The translations under genes were made by a program, and so were the position numbers. The notes under the pieces were generated by a model. It saw nothing but the letters and a program-made list of their open reading frames with translations, was not told where the DNA came from and did no database searches. This document shows positions 1 to 22,519 of a stretch of DNA of 64,000 nucleotides, in pieces. The stretch covers positions 52,452,001 through 52,516,000 of the forward strand of contig NC_087449.1 in the NCBI RefSeq assembly GCF_036321535.1. Direction: 5' to 3'. Numbering within the stretch: position 1 is the first letter of the stretch; each line of letters begins with the position of its first letter. This DNA comes from Camelus dromedarius. Its lineage: Eukaryota.

Positions 1-460
1 CGAGAGCTGCTCTCGGAATCCGCAGGCTGAACGCGGGAGCTCCGCCACGGTGCCCGCCCAGCTCCCGGGGCGGGGCCTCGGCCCAGGTGCGCGGCGGCGG
101 AGCTTCGCGGAGGCAGGAAGTGTGTCCCCAACGGCGGCCCGTGCAGCGCTCCCGCGAGACGCTCACCTGCGCCCCAGGTGAGCGGCGAGGGGGGCGGGGG
201 AAGGGGCCGAGCCGGAGGCGGCTCACCTGGTGGAACAGGTAAGCCCCGCACGGGCCCGAGGGCGCGCGAACAAGAGCGGCACCAGTGTGGAGAGACCCCC
301 CAAGGCTACGCCCGGGCGGGCGAGGGTCCCGGGGCCGGTTCCTCAGGCTAGCCTCCCACTTCCGGGGTGCGATGGCCGGCCCGGCCAGGGAGCGGCCTGA
401 GCGGGCGCCTGGGCTGGGCGGGCAGAATGGGGTGAGGGGGGCTGTCTTGGCTCTTAGGGC
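1..460 (+). promoter_or_regulatory. KDF1: KDF1 CpG-island promoter / non-coding exon 1 with two candidate donors (after 177 and after 238)
   Basis: Dense CpG, GC boxes (ggggcgggg 67-75), donors CAG|GTGAGC at 177/178 and CAG|GTAAGC at 238/239; no ATG in exon; next coding exon is KDF1. Confidence 0.75.
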
Positions 461-1079
461 TGCTCTGGCTTGGGGTGGGAGCCTTGCTCTCTCGAGGGAC
501 GGGGGAGGAATGGGGGAAGGGAACCGTGCACACCTTGAACAGTGTTAGAGAGGCTGTGTCCGCCCGCAGGCGGAGGGCCCTGGGACTGGAGAGGGTGGTG
601 CTTGCCTCGAGGGCATTGCTGGTGTAGGGGCTGTGTTACTCCGACGGGCAATGCCGAGGTCTGGTTCTCCCTTGCCCTCGGGACTAGGTGCCCGCAGACG
701 GAGTCGCGGGCTGAGCCTTTGGGGCAGGAGATCTAGGGTGCGTGGATGCCGGGTGCCAGAGCCGACGGCTGTTTAGTGAGCAGGGCTGGGGTGAACCTCT
801 CTGCTGGGTGTGCAAAATTTGGCTGAGCTCTGGGGTGGGGCAGAGGCTGGTGCGGCCGAGCCTGTCTTGGGTACCTTGGGAGGAGGGGGATGGTACGCAG
901 ACAGACCCCTGAGTGTGTGTGTTCTCAGGGACCAAGTGGGAGGGAGAAAAGAGCTTCAACAAGAAATTTAGGGAGGGCGCGCCTGACACCTGGGAGCTAC
1001 TCACTCTGCAGTGCCTTGAGGCGCCCAGTGACCCAGCCCCTCCCAGGTGCCAGGCAACATGCTAAGGCCCCTGCACGCA

Positions 1080-2250
1080 ATATCTCATTTAAACCTTATG
1101 GTCGCCCATAAAGATACTCCTCTCTCCCTTTGTTAAAGATGAGAGAACTGAGGCCAGGAGTCTTGCCTGGGGCCACAACAGGAACAGGAGCTCTCCCCTC
1201 ATTAAACCAAGTGACCGGTGTTCCTAGGATTTGGGAGGTGACAGCATATAGCCAGGACAAAATGGGCTGAAATTGACTTCTGGAGGGTTCAGAGAATAAT
1301 GGGAAGGGGGGAAATGAGGCCAGGCACTGTCCCTTACCCCAGGTCTTGCCCCTTTCCTCCATCCCACCCCCTCTTCCTGATGTGCGGCACAGAGCAAAGT
1401 ACAGGGGCTCTGGAGTTTGGCGGACCACAGTACAAATCCTGCTCCATCCCTTTCCAGCTAGATGTCTCTGGGCAAGTCATTTCACCTCTTTGAGCTTCAG
1501 ATTCCTGATCTGTAAAGTGGAGATGTAATACTTACAGGGCAATTGTGAGTGTTAAATAAAGCAAAAGTCCTCTTGGGCTGGAGCCTGGTTCTGGCCCAGT
1601 CACTGCTGATTCCTCAGCATTTAGCACAGTACTGGGCACATGATAGGTGCTCAGTAAATATTTATTGGATGGATTTAATGAATAGTAGCCGCTCCTAAAA
1701 CCTTGGAGGTGGAGGAGGAGACAACAACCTACACCACAATCAGCAACCTCGTGATGTTCTTACAAACCCCAGGTACCCCAGAGCTCAGTGTAGTTGAAAC
1801 AGTGTAGATGTGCCCACCCTCCTCATCCAAGGGCTGAGCCTGGAAAACTCAGGGCTCCCTATGTGGGCCCTTCTTGGGCACAGGCTTGTCCATGGAGCTG
1901 GCAGCTGGCCACTTTGACTGACCCTTTCCTCCCAAGTAATAGATGGGATGGGGGTAGTGGATAAGAGTCTAGGCCAGGCCATTTGGGTTCAAATAGATGT
2001 GTGGCTTTGGATAACTTATTAACCTCTCTGTTCCTCAGTATAATAGTAATAATAATAAAACCTACAAATAGGGTTGTGAAAATTAATTGGTTTAAGATAT
2101 TTAAAGCACTGAGAACAATGTACAGTATCAATAATTAACTCTTTCACTAGAATGCAAACTCCTGAGGTTAGGGAATTTTTTCTGTATCCACCAAATTTAG
2201 AACAGCATCTGGCACACAGTAGGCTCTCAGTAAATATTCATTGAGTGAAT
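1080..2250. repeat. Cluster of MIR and L2 relics in KDF1 intron 1 (similar relics are scattered through the window)
   Basis: MIR core (gggcaagtcatttcacctctttgagcttcag...tctgtaaagtggagat) and L2 3' ends (ggcacatagtaggtgctcagtaaatattt). Confidence 0.65.
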
Positions 2251-2789
2251 GAGTGAATCCATACCCACCCCCACATTGCTCAAACCAAGGCAAATTTTTT
2301 AGTATATTTGCTGCCAAAGCGAGCACCCAAGGCAAACGTTTTTAACTGTTTGTTCTCTGGGTTGTAAGGGATTTTCAAGTCACCTGTTTCAATTTCAGTC
2401 TGTACACCTTTGGAGAGGAAATTTCACCCCCCTCCTTCTAGACTGCTGCTCCTCCAGCTCTGGTCTAGAACCTAAGTCCTTTTACTTTCTACCCAGTGGT
2501 CCTGTTTCTACCCAGAGGTCGCACAGAATGTGTCAATCCCCTGAAGCACTTACTGTACCAACCCTGTTCCAGATACTGAAACAGAAAAGAATAAGACACA
2601 GTCCCTGCCCCTTGGGGTCATATATAGGCTTATCTTCAAATATGGCTTCAATGCCAACTCAGCTGAACTGAGAGCCCAGCAGAAGGCTGTGGGGAGAGGG
2701 TCCCCCATCTGACTTAAGGTTCTGGAGAGTCTTTGGAGAAGGAGTGCCAAGTGGGGCTGGGGAGTGTATTGAAGAGTTGCAGGAATAGT

Positions 2790-3325
2790 TAGAGTATTCC
2801 TGTATCCTCCTCATCCCCATTCCCCATGGGTAACATTCTGTGCCTTTCTCTCTCTACGCACATATACCTTCTGTTTGTGGGGAACCCTTTGAGATTAGGT
2901 TGCAGACATTATGCTTCTTTAGCCCTAAATGCTTCAGTGTATATTTCCTAAGAATAAGAGCATTGTCTTACTAACCTCAGCAATCAACTTCAGGAAGTTA
3001 ACATTGACATAATACTATTACATAATACACTATTTTTAAATACTACCAGTTACCTGATTTCCAATTTTTTCTCTTGATCCAGGATCAAATCCAGGATCAC
3101 ACATTACATTTAGTGGGCATGTCCCTTAACTTGAGCTTGTCTGATGTTTCCTCATGATTACATTCAGGTTATACATTTTTGGCAGGAATACTTCATAAGT
3201 GATGCTGTACCCTTCTTAGTGTATAGTATCAGGAGACACATCATGGCAGTTTGTCCCATTATTAATAATGTTAACTTCTATCATTTTATTAAAGTGGTGT
3301 CTGCCAAGTTTCTTCAAGTTTGTGG
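2790..3325 (-). mobile_element. L1MC-type LINE 3' fragment
   Basis: cagacattatgcttctttagccctaaatgcttcagtg...ccaggatcacacattacatttag...; recognised pattern. Confidence 0.6.
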
Positions 3326-4215
3326 GTTTCTTTTCTTTTTTTTAAGGTCTTCCCTGGCTGCAGCAAGTAGAGGGGAATAGAGATGGCCAGAATGGGGGCC
3401 TCAACAGTATCTGGGTGAGGGATGATGGTGGCCCTATTTAGGGAGGTGGCATTGATTTGCCCAAACCATGTTGCCTATTAGAGCCAGAATTGGGACTAGA
3501 ATATGGATATCCTGATGCCCAGTTCCAGGTTCTGTACACATCACCAGTTCTAGGACCCTAGTGCCATTAAATCAGGGATAAATAAAAAGTTAAGGGATTA
3601 ATGTCTCAGAAAATCCAGGCTAAGGATAGTTACTGCCCAGCAAACCCACACATGTGAACAAGTACCCTCCCAAATACATCACTATGTAATGTTCTTGCAG
3701 GCAGAATTATTTACTCCCATAATGCCTCATATATCCTACATGTTCCAGCTTATGAGGTTTTAGGTATCTGTTTTCTCTACAAAACCATGTGAGAATCACA
3801 AGAACAGGGGGTCAATAGTTCATTCATCTTTGGTTCTACATGCCTAACACAGAGCCAGGCTCAGTGTTTATGGAATGAATGAAATCTTAGCTCTGAACTT
3901 GCTAGCAACCAAGTCGCAGAGGGAATGAAGGTGATTTTTGTGGTTCAGCTTTCTTATCTAATCAAAGGAAGCAAAACAGTGCTTGGTGTTAAGTGTTGAC
4001 TGGAGAGCAAATCTGAGGCAGACTGAAATATTGACAGGGGACCTGTTGCATTTCCACGTCTGATTTGAAGGAATAGAGGAAGAAAGGGAAGATGGTAATA
4101 ATCAGGTTCTGTAGCAAGTCACAGGGAAAGGTATTTGTTGAGCAGCCTCTGAGGCTTACCAGCAGTGGGAAGAAACTAGGGGAAACCATTCCCCAGAAAG
4201 TGAGGTCCCAAGAGA

Positions 4216-4945
4216 TTTTTATTTTTATGTGGTAAAATATACATAACATAACATTTACCATTTTAATTTTTTTAAGTCACTTTAGCCTTATGGTCTTGTG
4301 GCATTAAACACAACCACATTGTTGTGTAACCAGCACTACCATCCATCTCCAAAACTTTCTCATCTTCTCAAACTAGAACTCTACCCATTAAACACTTAAT
4401 TTTCTCCTCCCCACTGCCCCCAGCAACAACCATTCTACTTTCAGTCTCTATGAATTTGACTATTCTAGCTATTTTGTGTAAGTGGGACCATACAATATTT
4501 GTCTTTTTTGTGTCAGGCTTATGTCACTTAGCATAGAGTCTCAAGGCCCNNNNNNNNNNNNNNNNNNNNNNNNNNNNNNNNNNNNNNNNNNNNNNNNNNN
4601 NNNNNNNNNNNNNNNNNNNNNNNNNNNNNNNNNNNNNNNNNNNNNNNNNNNNNNNNNNNNNNNNNNNNNNNNNNNNNNNNNNNNNNNNNNNNNNNNNNNN
4701 NNNNNNNNNNNNNNNNNNNNNNTTTGAGTGCCTGTTTTCAATCCTTTTGGGTATATACCAAGAAGTGATATTGCTGGATCACATGTAAATCATGTTTAAT
4801 TTTTTTGATGAATTTCCACTCCACAGAAGTTGTCCCATTCTACATCCTCACCAGCAACGCCAAGTGTTCCAACTTACCCATATCCTCTCTAATGCTTGTC
4901 GTTTTCTATTTTTTCGATAGTGACCATCCCAATGTGTGTGAAGTC
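4216..4945 (-). mobile_element. L1MB-type LINE 3' end
   Basis: Typical L1MB 3'UTR (ggtaaaatatacataac...accatccatctccaaaact...ggatcacatg); partly N. Confidence 0.75.
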
Positions 4946-5185
4946 CCAGGAGATTTTGACATGTAGGTTAGACCACAGAAAGAGCTTCCTTTTTGGGGAG
5001 GGAGGGAACACTAGATGAGGGTTTGTGGGCAGACTTGTGCTTGTCCACATCACAGACCTCTCAGAAACCAGAAATCGGAAGCTCCTCAGGTCATAGTGCA
5101 GGAGCTTGTCCCTGAGTTCTGATACTGACTCCTTTCTGGCCTCTCTCCTACAGGTGCCTGGCTACAGCAAACCATGCAGTGAGCC

Positions 5186-6534
5186 ATGCCTCGACCGGGA
5201 CACCCTCGCCCATCATCTGGGCCCCCACGCTTGGGACCCTGGGAGCGGCCAACAGAGCTATGCTTGGAGACATACGATGAGCCATCCAGGGCCCCACCAA
5301 GCCGCCGCACCCGCAGGCCAGACCCCAAAGACCCTGGCCACTATGGGCCCGAGAGCCTTACCTTCATCTCTAGCTCTACTGAGCCAGCTGCTGAACCCCC
5401 AACCTGCTGCCTGCTCTGGCAACCCTGGGTGTGGGACTGGTGCCGGGCTGCCTTCTGCTTCCGCCGCTGCCGGAATTGCCTCCAGCGCTGTGGAGCCTGT
5501 GTGCGGGGCTGCAGCCCCTGCTTGTCTGCTGGGGACTCCCCTGAGGGGGCTGCTGAAGCCAATTGGGCCAAGGAGCACAATGGAGTGCCCCCCAGCCCTG
5601 ACTGCGCCCCTCCCAGACAGCGGGATGGCCAGCGGCTCAAGTCAAACATGGGTAGCAGCTTCAGCTACCCTGATGTCAAGCTCAAAGGCATCCCTGTGTA
5701 TCCCTACCGCAGCGCCACCTCCCCAGCCCCCGATGCGGACTCCTGCTGCAAGGAGCCACTGGCCGAACCCCCACCCATGAGGCACAGCCTGCCCAGCACC
5801 CTTGCCAGCAGCCCCCGTGGCTCTGAGGAATACTACTCCTTCCACGAGTCAGACCTGGACCTGCCTGAGATAGGCAGTGGCTCCATGTCCAGCCGAGAGA
5901 TCGATGTGCTCATCTTCAAGAAGCTCACAGAGCTGTTCAGCGTACATCAGATCGACGAGCTGGCCAAGTGCACCTCAGACACTGTGTTCCTGGAGAAGAC
6001 CAGTAAGATCTCGGACCTTATCAGCAGCATCACCCAGGACTACCACCTGGATGAGCAAGATGCTGAGGGCCGCCTGGTACGCGGCATCATTCGCATCAGC
6101 ACCCGAAAGAGCCGTACCCGCCCGCAAACCACAGAGGGGCGCTCAACCCGGGCCGCTGCCCCTGCCGCCGCTGCCCCTGACAGCGGCCATGAGACCATGG
6201 TGGGCTCAGGGCTCAGCCAGGATGGTAGGTGGGGCCCCACAGGGCTGCAGAGGCTCTGGCTAGGGAGGGTTGCACTGAGGTCTTTGGCCACTATGGGTCC
6301 ACCCCTTAGCTGGCCCCAGCTCTTCCTCCTTTTTCTCCACTCCTCTACATCCCTTAACAGTCTCTTTCTGTCCCTTGCTACTACCTGCCAGAGTAGCTTT
6401 TAGGCTTAGCCTGGTTAACAGGACCCCAAAACCCATATAAATTTGCACCTCGGGCTTGTCTCCGCCTAACCAAAGTCTCCCCGCCACCACCACCACCACC
6501 ACTGCACAGACTAACACACACACACACGCACACA

Positions 6535-6566
<32 letters not shown>

Positions 6567-7453
6567 CACACACACGCTGTCTATCAGTGTCTCTTGTTTT
6601 AAGCATTGTTTCTCTATCCCAGCCAAGGGGTATGTAGCCCCTCCCCTCCCTCAGAAGGGAAATGGGGCAGAAGTGGGGAGTAGGGTTGAAAGGATGTGAT
6701 AATGACCAGTGCCCCCCTCGTGTTCCCTCCCTAGAACTCACAGTGCAGATCTCCCAGGAGACGACCGCAGATGCCATCGCCAGGAAGCTGAGGCCTTATG
6801 GAGCCCCAGGTTTGGTCCTGACCTGATGAGTGCGGAGAGGAGAGGGGACTGCCCTAGGGGCCCCCCACGTGCCCCTCTCCCAGCTTCCTCCTGGGGTGGG
6901 TGAGGATGGGATTAAAAGGGATGGGATGAGAAGCCTGAGCAGCCTCATACCCCATCCCAATCCTGCAAGCTGGCTCAAAGGGTTCAGTTGGGAGATTCAG
7001 GGGGCTGCCCCTGAACCAGTGTAGGGATAAGGGCCCAGAACCTGCAGCTAAACCCAGGTCACTGGAGAGGAAAGTGGAGGATGGAGCGGGGGCTGGGGCA
7101 TCCACTGGTGCTGAAAAGGCATCCTGTGTGGTTTCTACTGCTGTCTTCTTGGCCTTCATGACAAGCCCCTGGGAACCGGGTCATTACCTTTTGCAGAGAA
7201 CAAGCCTGGGGCTCAAAGAGGTCAAGAAACTGAGTAGGTCACCCAACCAGGATCAGACTGGCCCAGGCTCAAGTCCTGCTCTGCTCCTTCTCAGCAGGCT
7301 TCTCCCTGCCCGCAGGACCTGCATGAGCCCCTCCCCACTCTGAGCCTCTCTCTCCTCCCTTCCCCCTCAGGATACCCTGCCAGCCACGACTCATCTTTCC
7401 AGGGCACTGACACAGACTCTTCAGGAGCACCCCTGCTCCACGTGTACTGCTAA
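5186..7453 (+). CDS. KDF1: Keratinocyte differentiation factor 1, 398 aa; coding exons 5186-6224, 6735-6809, 7371-7453 (exon 2 acceptor at 5153/5154)
   Basis: MPRPGHPRPSSGPPRLGPWERP... Cys-rich segment ... SQD|ELTVQISQETTADAIARKLRPYGAPG|YPASHDSS...LLHVYC*; GT-AG junctions in phase, 1039+75+83=1197 nt. Confidence 0.96.
6514..6577. repeat. Compound (CA)n/(CACG)n microsatellite, KDF1 intron 2
   Basis: 64 bp of uninterrupted purine-pyrimidine alternation; (CAC)n just upstream. Confidence 0.95.
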
Positions 7454-9894
7454 CCCCACCGGGCCCAGTGGCCGCAACCCCTTCTGAGGAGAGGACAGTC
7501 TACAGCAAGAGGGGGGCCAGAACCCCCTTGTGGGAGGCAAGGCCATGAGCCCAGAAGCAGTGCCTACTCTGGCTCCTCCCGCCTTGGCTGACTGGTTCCT
7601 GGACCACGTGCATTTCACTGGGCCATGGTGCCCACGTCCCCCTGGACCCCCTGCATGGGCCTGTTCCTTCCTGCCCACCGTCTTCAGGAGGCCTGGGTCA
7701 TGGGAAGCAAAGACTAAGGAGTTAACTTCTGGGATTGAATTCCGACTCTATCCCCATAACATGCTCCCCCTGTAACATATACCCCATAACCAATCATACA
7801 AACTTCCCCCTCCCCAGGACAGGCTGGGGGTTGGGGGTGGTGTGTAACAGCTAAAAGAAGCTTGTCTTAAATGGATTGGGCAGGGTCTCTGTCTGGAATT
7901 CTGTGGGCAGCGCCCACTCCACGTTATGTTCTGTTGAGCAGTTAGGTTCTCGGCTGAAGTTCTACATGCTAACATGACCATAGTACAATAGACGTCTGTC
8001 TGCTCATCTCGGCGGTGATACTGTCCTTTCTGTCCCATATGCCTGACTGCAGCCTGAAGCAGGAGACAGGATAGGGCATCCAGCCTGGCTTAGTGTTGGA
8101 GGTTGAGGTCAGAAGGCTAAACTGAGAGCAGTAATGCCCACCTCTTAGGCTCACTGTGCATTCCAGGAGATGGAGCCAAGCGCAGTGTCTGTATCTAAGA
8201 AGGGTTTAACAAGCAGTTTCTCATTGTTGAGAGGTCCTTCTAGGCAGGTCTGCCTGGACTCCCTCTGCTATCCCCAGTTCACTACCTGCAGGCTGGCCTG
8301 CTTCTGGCCATCCCTACAGTTCCCCAAACCCCTGCCTCAGACCTGCAGCTCCCTCCACCTTCCCCTTGCTGCAGACAGCACTGGTTCACTGGTGTCTTCT
8401 TTACACTCCCAGCAACCCTGCAGTGGGGTCATTCTTCTTTCACAGGGGCTAGGGCTCAGGAGACTCCATGCATTATGCAGCTAGGTAACTGTGGCTCTGC
8501 ACCCAGTTTTGCCCCCAAACTGGAGAACTGACCTGTTAGGGGTAGAAGGGCCCCCATGTTTGGACATCGGAGCCCAGCTGGGATCAGAAGGATCCTACTT
8601 AGCTCTTCCTCACACATAGTGTGTTTACCTCAGTGAGGCCAGAGCAGGCCCACCAGTCCAGTATTCACTGGTGAATAAGCCAGGTGTCCAGGAGCTCTTC
8701 TGCCCCCATCTCCCCTGCAGCCCCCACAGCCGTTTTTAGTGTCCCCATAAGTACCCTTTGGAAAGTGACTAGACAAACTATACTTGTTTATCAAGTTTCC
8801 TATTGGACACACAGGATGGTCCCTGACTGTGGCCATGACCACAGGGCCCAGTACCAGTGATAAAACTGGCCTGTTTCCTTAGGCTCTGCTGTCTCATCCA
8901 GGTCAAGGCCTCTGACTGAAAATGACCACAGGGCACTGGAGCCCAGGGACACCACTGGACAGAGTAGGACAGTGATGCTGTAGTCCCTCCACCATAGCCT
9001 TTGCCCAAGAGCACCATTTCCCAAACTCATCCTTGGGAACTGCTACTGGCATTCCCAGAAACAGTTTATTGAATTTGGTAAACAGACAAAGCCAGATACT
9101 ACATAGCTTAAGTCTTTAATGAAATATTCTGAAACACCAAGAGAATGGCCATGCTGTTTCCACAGAGCATAGCACCCTGGGCAAGCCAACCTAGACAGTC
9201 TTGCTGTAACCAGAAACCCTGTGGCACCCTGCACCGTGACCTGCACTCTCGCCAAAGTGGGACAGGGGTCAGATCCCATGGGTGGATTTGGGCAGAAGAG
9301 AGTTCCTCTCTGGCCCAGGCACTGCCTCAGTGGCTGACTCTGAGAAGCCCTAAAATCTGCAGAGGTCCAGGTCAGAGACACACAATAGGGCTCCACAGGG
9401 CTTCACCTTGCCTTCCTGGCCAGATCCCCTCCAACACACAAAGCCAGTCTGAGGCTTGGGCAGTCTTCCCCACCTTTGCTACTCTCTGCCCCTGGGAAAT
9501 ACGTATATAGTTTTAGAAACATGTGACCCAGGGTTAGAGGACAGACCCACTACAATGGGAAACTGTCTTAGAGATGTAAATAAAATCAAGTCCAGCTGAT
9601 CTTAAACTTTGCTGAACCATGGGCCCCTTTGAGAATCTGACATAATGTTCTGGTCCCTATAGCCAGAAAAACTCACTTTTGCTCAGAATCATACACAGAC
9701 TAAAAGCCTTGTTTGAACCCTCCATTTAAGTAATGAAAAACTGAGCTGCAAAGAGGGACAAGGACTTGCCCTAGGTCACATGACAGAACCTGGGCTAGAA
9801 GCCAAGCCCTAGTCCCAGCAGCAGCCATAAGAGGCCTATGACCCAAGGAAAGGCCAGGGGGAAGAGAAGACACAGGTGGAATTCAGTAAATAGC

Positions 9895-9900
9895 TTTAAT
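9895..9900 (-). terminator. NUDC: NUDC polyadenylation signal (ATTAAA)
   Basis: tttaat on + strand ~200 nt past the NUDC stop; a further AATAAA (-) lies at 9065-9070. Confidence 0.65.
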
Positions 9901-10099
9901 GTGTAACAGCAGGCCAACTAGGGAGGACAAGGACCCCCCAAGGCCCCAGCCCTTCTCCCATGATACCCTGGGACCTGTGTGCGTTGGCCAGACCCATGCC
10001 TGTCCCAGCCCTAAAGCCACAAGTCCTAGGGAAGGATGGGAAGGAAAGGTGGGTAGCTGGGGACTCAGCCCCAAGAGTTCAGGGAGGCACACATAGGGA

Positions 10100-20582
<10,483 letters not shown>

Positions 20583-21852
20583 CGTGCCGGCTGCTAGCCA
20601 CGCTCTTAAGTCTGACCTCCGCACTCGCGTCTCGCGCTCTCTGTTCCTGCGGGTAGCGTCCGGTCCAACGGCTCCTGTCCTCCGCCTTCCGCAGCGGAGC
20701 CGGAAACACGCAAGCGCCCCACCGCCCAGGCCCGCCTACTCGCTCTCTCCTCCCGCCTCCCTCCCGGCCTGCGGCCATTCACCACGCGGCAAGCAGCCTG
20801 CTTCTCCGACTATTGGTCAATCTGCTGAGCCAATCAAAGAGCGCGTTCGTAAAGCGGTGGACGGAACCGAGGGACTAAGAGTTTGGCGTGAGTTGCTATG
20901 GTCACCAGATGCTTTTTGGAGACTTCCAGAAAGCCCTGGGCTTAAATCCGGCGGTGTTGGAAGTTAAAAGGCACAAGTTTTTTGTTTTTTTGTTTTTTTG
21001 TTTTTTAATTTAAACTTTGCTTTTACGCCTTGGGAGTGACCTCCCAGCTTGTAGAACGGTGAAACTGAAAGTGTCCTTAGTCATCTCTTCCAATTCTTAC
21101 GTGAATCGTGAATCGATTGAGGCCCGGAAAGGAGAAGGGACTTGCCCAAAGAACAGCCTACCTCCGTCATCGTCACATCCTCCGTACAAATTGTGCAGTC
21201 ACACGGGCTCTGTACTTGGTTTAATGTCCTTCTGCTGCAGTCCTGAAATTCTTAACAATTTCAAAACAAAAGACCCCCACATTGTCATTTTGCACTGGTC
21301 CCAGCAAATTATGCAGTAAGTGCTGTATTTGACCTTCACTTCTGCTAAATGTGCGGGAATAAGTACCAGCTAACTAAGGCCAACCCCTCCACTTTTGTAC
21401 TGAATTTCATCATCGTCGTCTTTTCAAGGATTCTACTTTTGTTATTATCATTTCCTAAATCTCCTGCACCACAGTTTTCTTTCTTCTGGATCATCCCCTT
21501 CAATTTACATACTTTAGTGTCACTTTCTTTTTTACTCTTCTATAATCCCACTTTCTCCTACCACTCCAATTTTCAGTTCTCTTAAGATTGCCATACTTGT
21601 TTTCCACTTCCACCCCTTCCATTTCTCGATTTACTCTAATTAGTCTTCTTAAGATTCAGACCAACTCACATGGCTGGTGGTGGATGGTGGTGACGGTTGC
21701 ACCGTCTTAATGCCACTGAACTGTCCACTTAAAAATGTTTAAAATGATAACTGTAATGTTACGTATATTTTAACACAATTTAAAAATTTTGTAACTTTAT
21801 GAGACAATTTGAACTCTTAAGTCTATTATATTCAAGAATTATCATTATTTTT

Positions 21853-22338
21853 AAACATTTTTATTGAGTTATAGTCATTTTACAATGTTGTGTCAAATTC
21901 CAGTGTAAAGCACAATTTTTCAATTATACATGAACATACATATATTCATTGTCACATCTTTTTTTCACTGTGAGCTACCACAAGATCTTGTATATATTTC
22001 CCTGTGCTATACAGTATAATCATGTTTATCTGTTCTGCATATGCCTGTCAGTATCTACAAATTTTTAAATCCCAGTCTGTCCCTTCCCACCCCCAGCCCC
22101 CTTGGCAACCACAAGTTTGTATTCTATGTCTATGAGTCTGTTTCTGTTTTGTATTTATGTTCATTTAAAAAATTTTTTTAGATTCCACATATGAGCGATC
22201 TCATATGGTATTTTTCTTTCTCTTTCCGGCTTACTTCACTTAAAATAACATTCTCCAGGAACATCCATGTTGCTACAAATGGCGTTATGTTGTCGTTTTT
22301 TATAGCTGAATAGTATTCCATTGTATAAATATACCACA
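21853..22338 (-). mobile_element. Young 5'-truncated L1 3' end (artiodactyl/camelid type)
   Basis: L1 3'UTR sequence with 21-bp TSD tcaagaattatcattattttt at 21832-21852 and 22339-22359. Confidence 0.85.
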
Positions 22339-22386
22339 TCAAGAATTATCATTATTTTTTAAAAACAACATGGCCAACATTGATAG

Positions 22387-22441
<55 letters not shown>
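22387..22441. repeat. (CA)n microsatellite
   Basis: Direct reading, ~27 units. Confidence 0.95.
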
Positions 22442-22443
<2 letters not shown>

Positions 22444-22519
22444 AATTAATTCTTCCCAGTCTTCCAATTGAGTTAAATGGCCTCTTCAAACACTGATATA
22501 CAAAAGCTCAAATTTCCAC

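Noticed and set aside
5106-5780. 224-aa ORF overlapping KDF1 exon 2 in another frame, plus antisense ORFs
   Set aside because: Starts in intron 1 upstream of the acceptor with a TTG; low-complexity product typical of GC-rich alternate frames
6824-6860. CTGATGAG hammerhead-like core (and gatgaggacgaa at ~13681)
   Set aside because: No stem II closing on GAAA and no stems I/III; the second lies in a MIR relic
20919-20936. Heat-shock element in the NUDC promoter
   Set aside because: Only two good nGAAn units (TTCcaGAA); flanking units are degenerate
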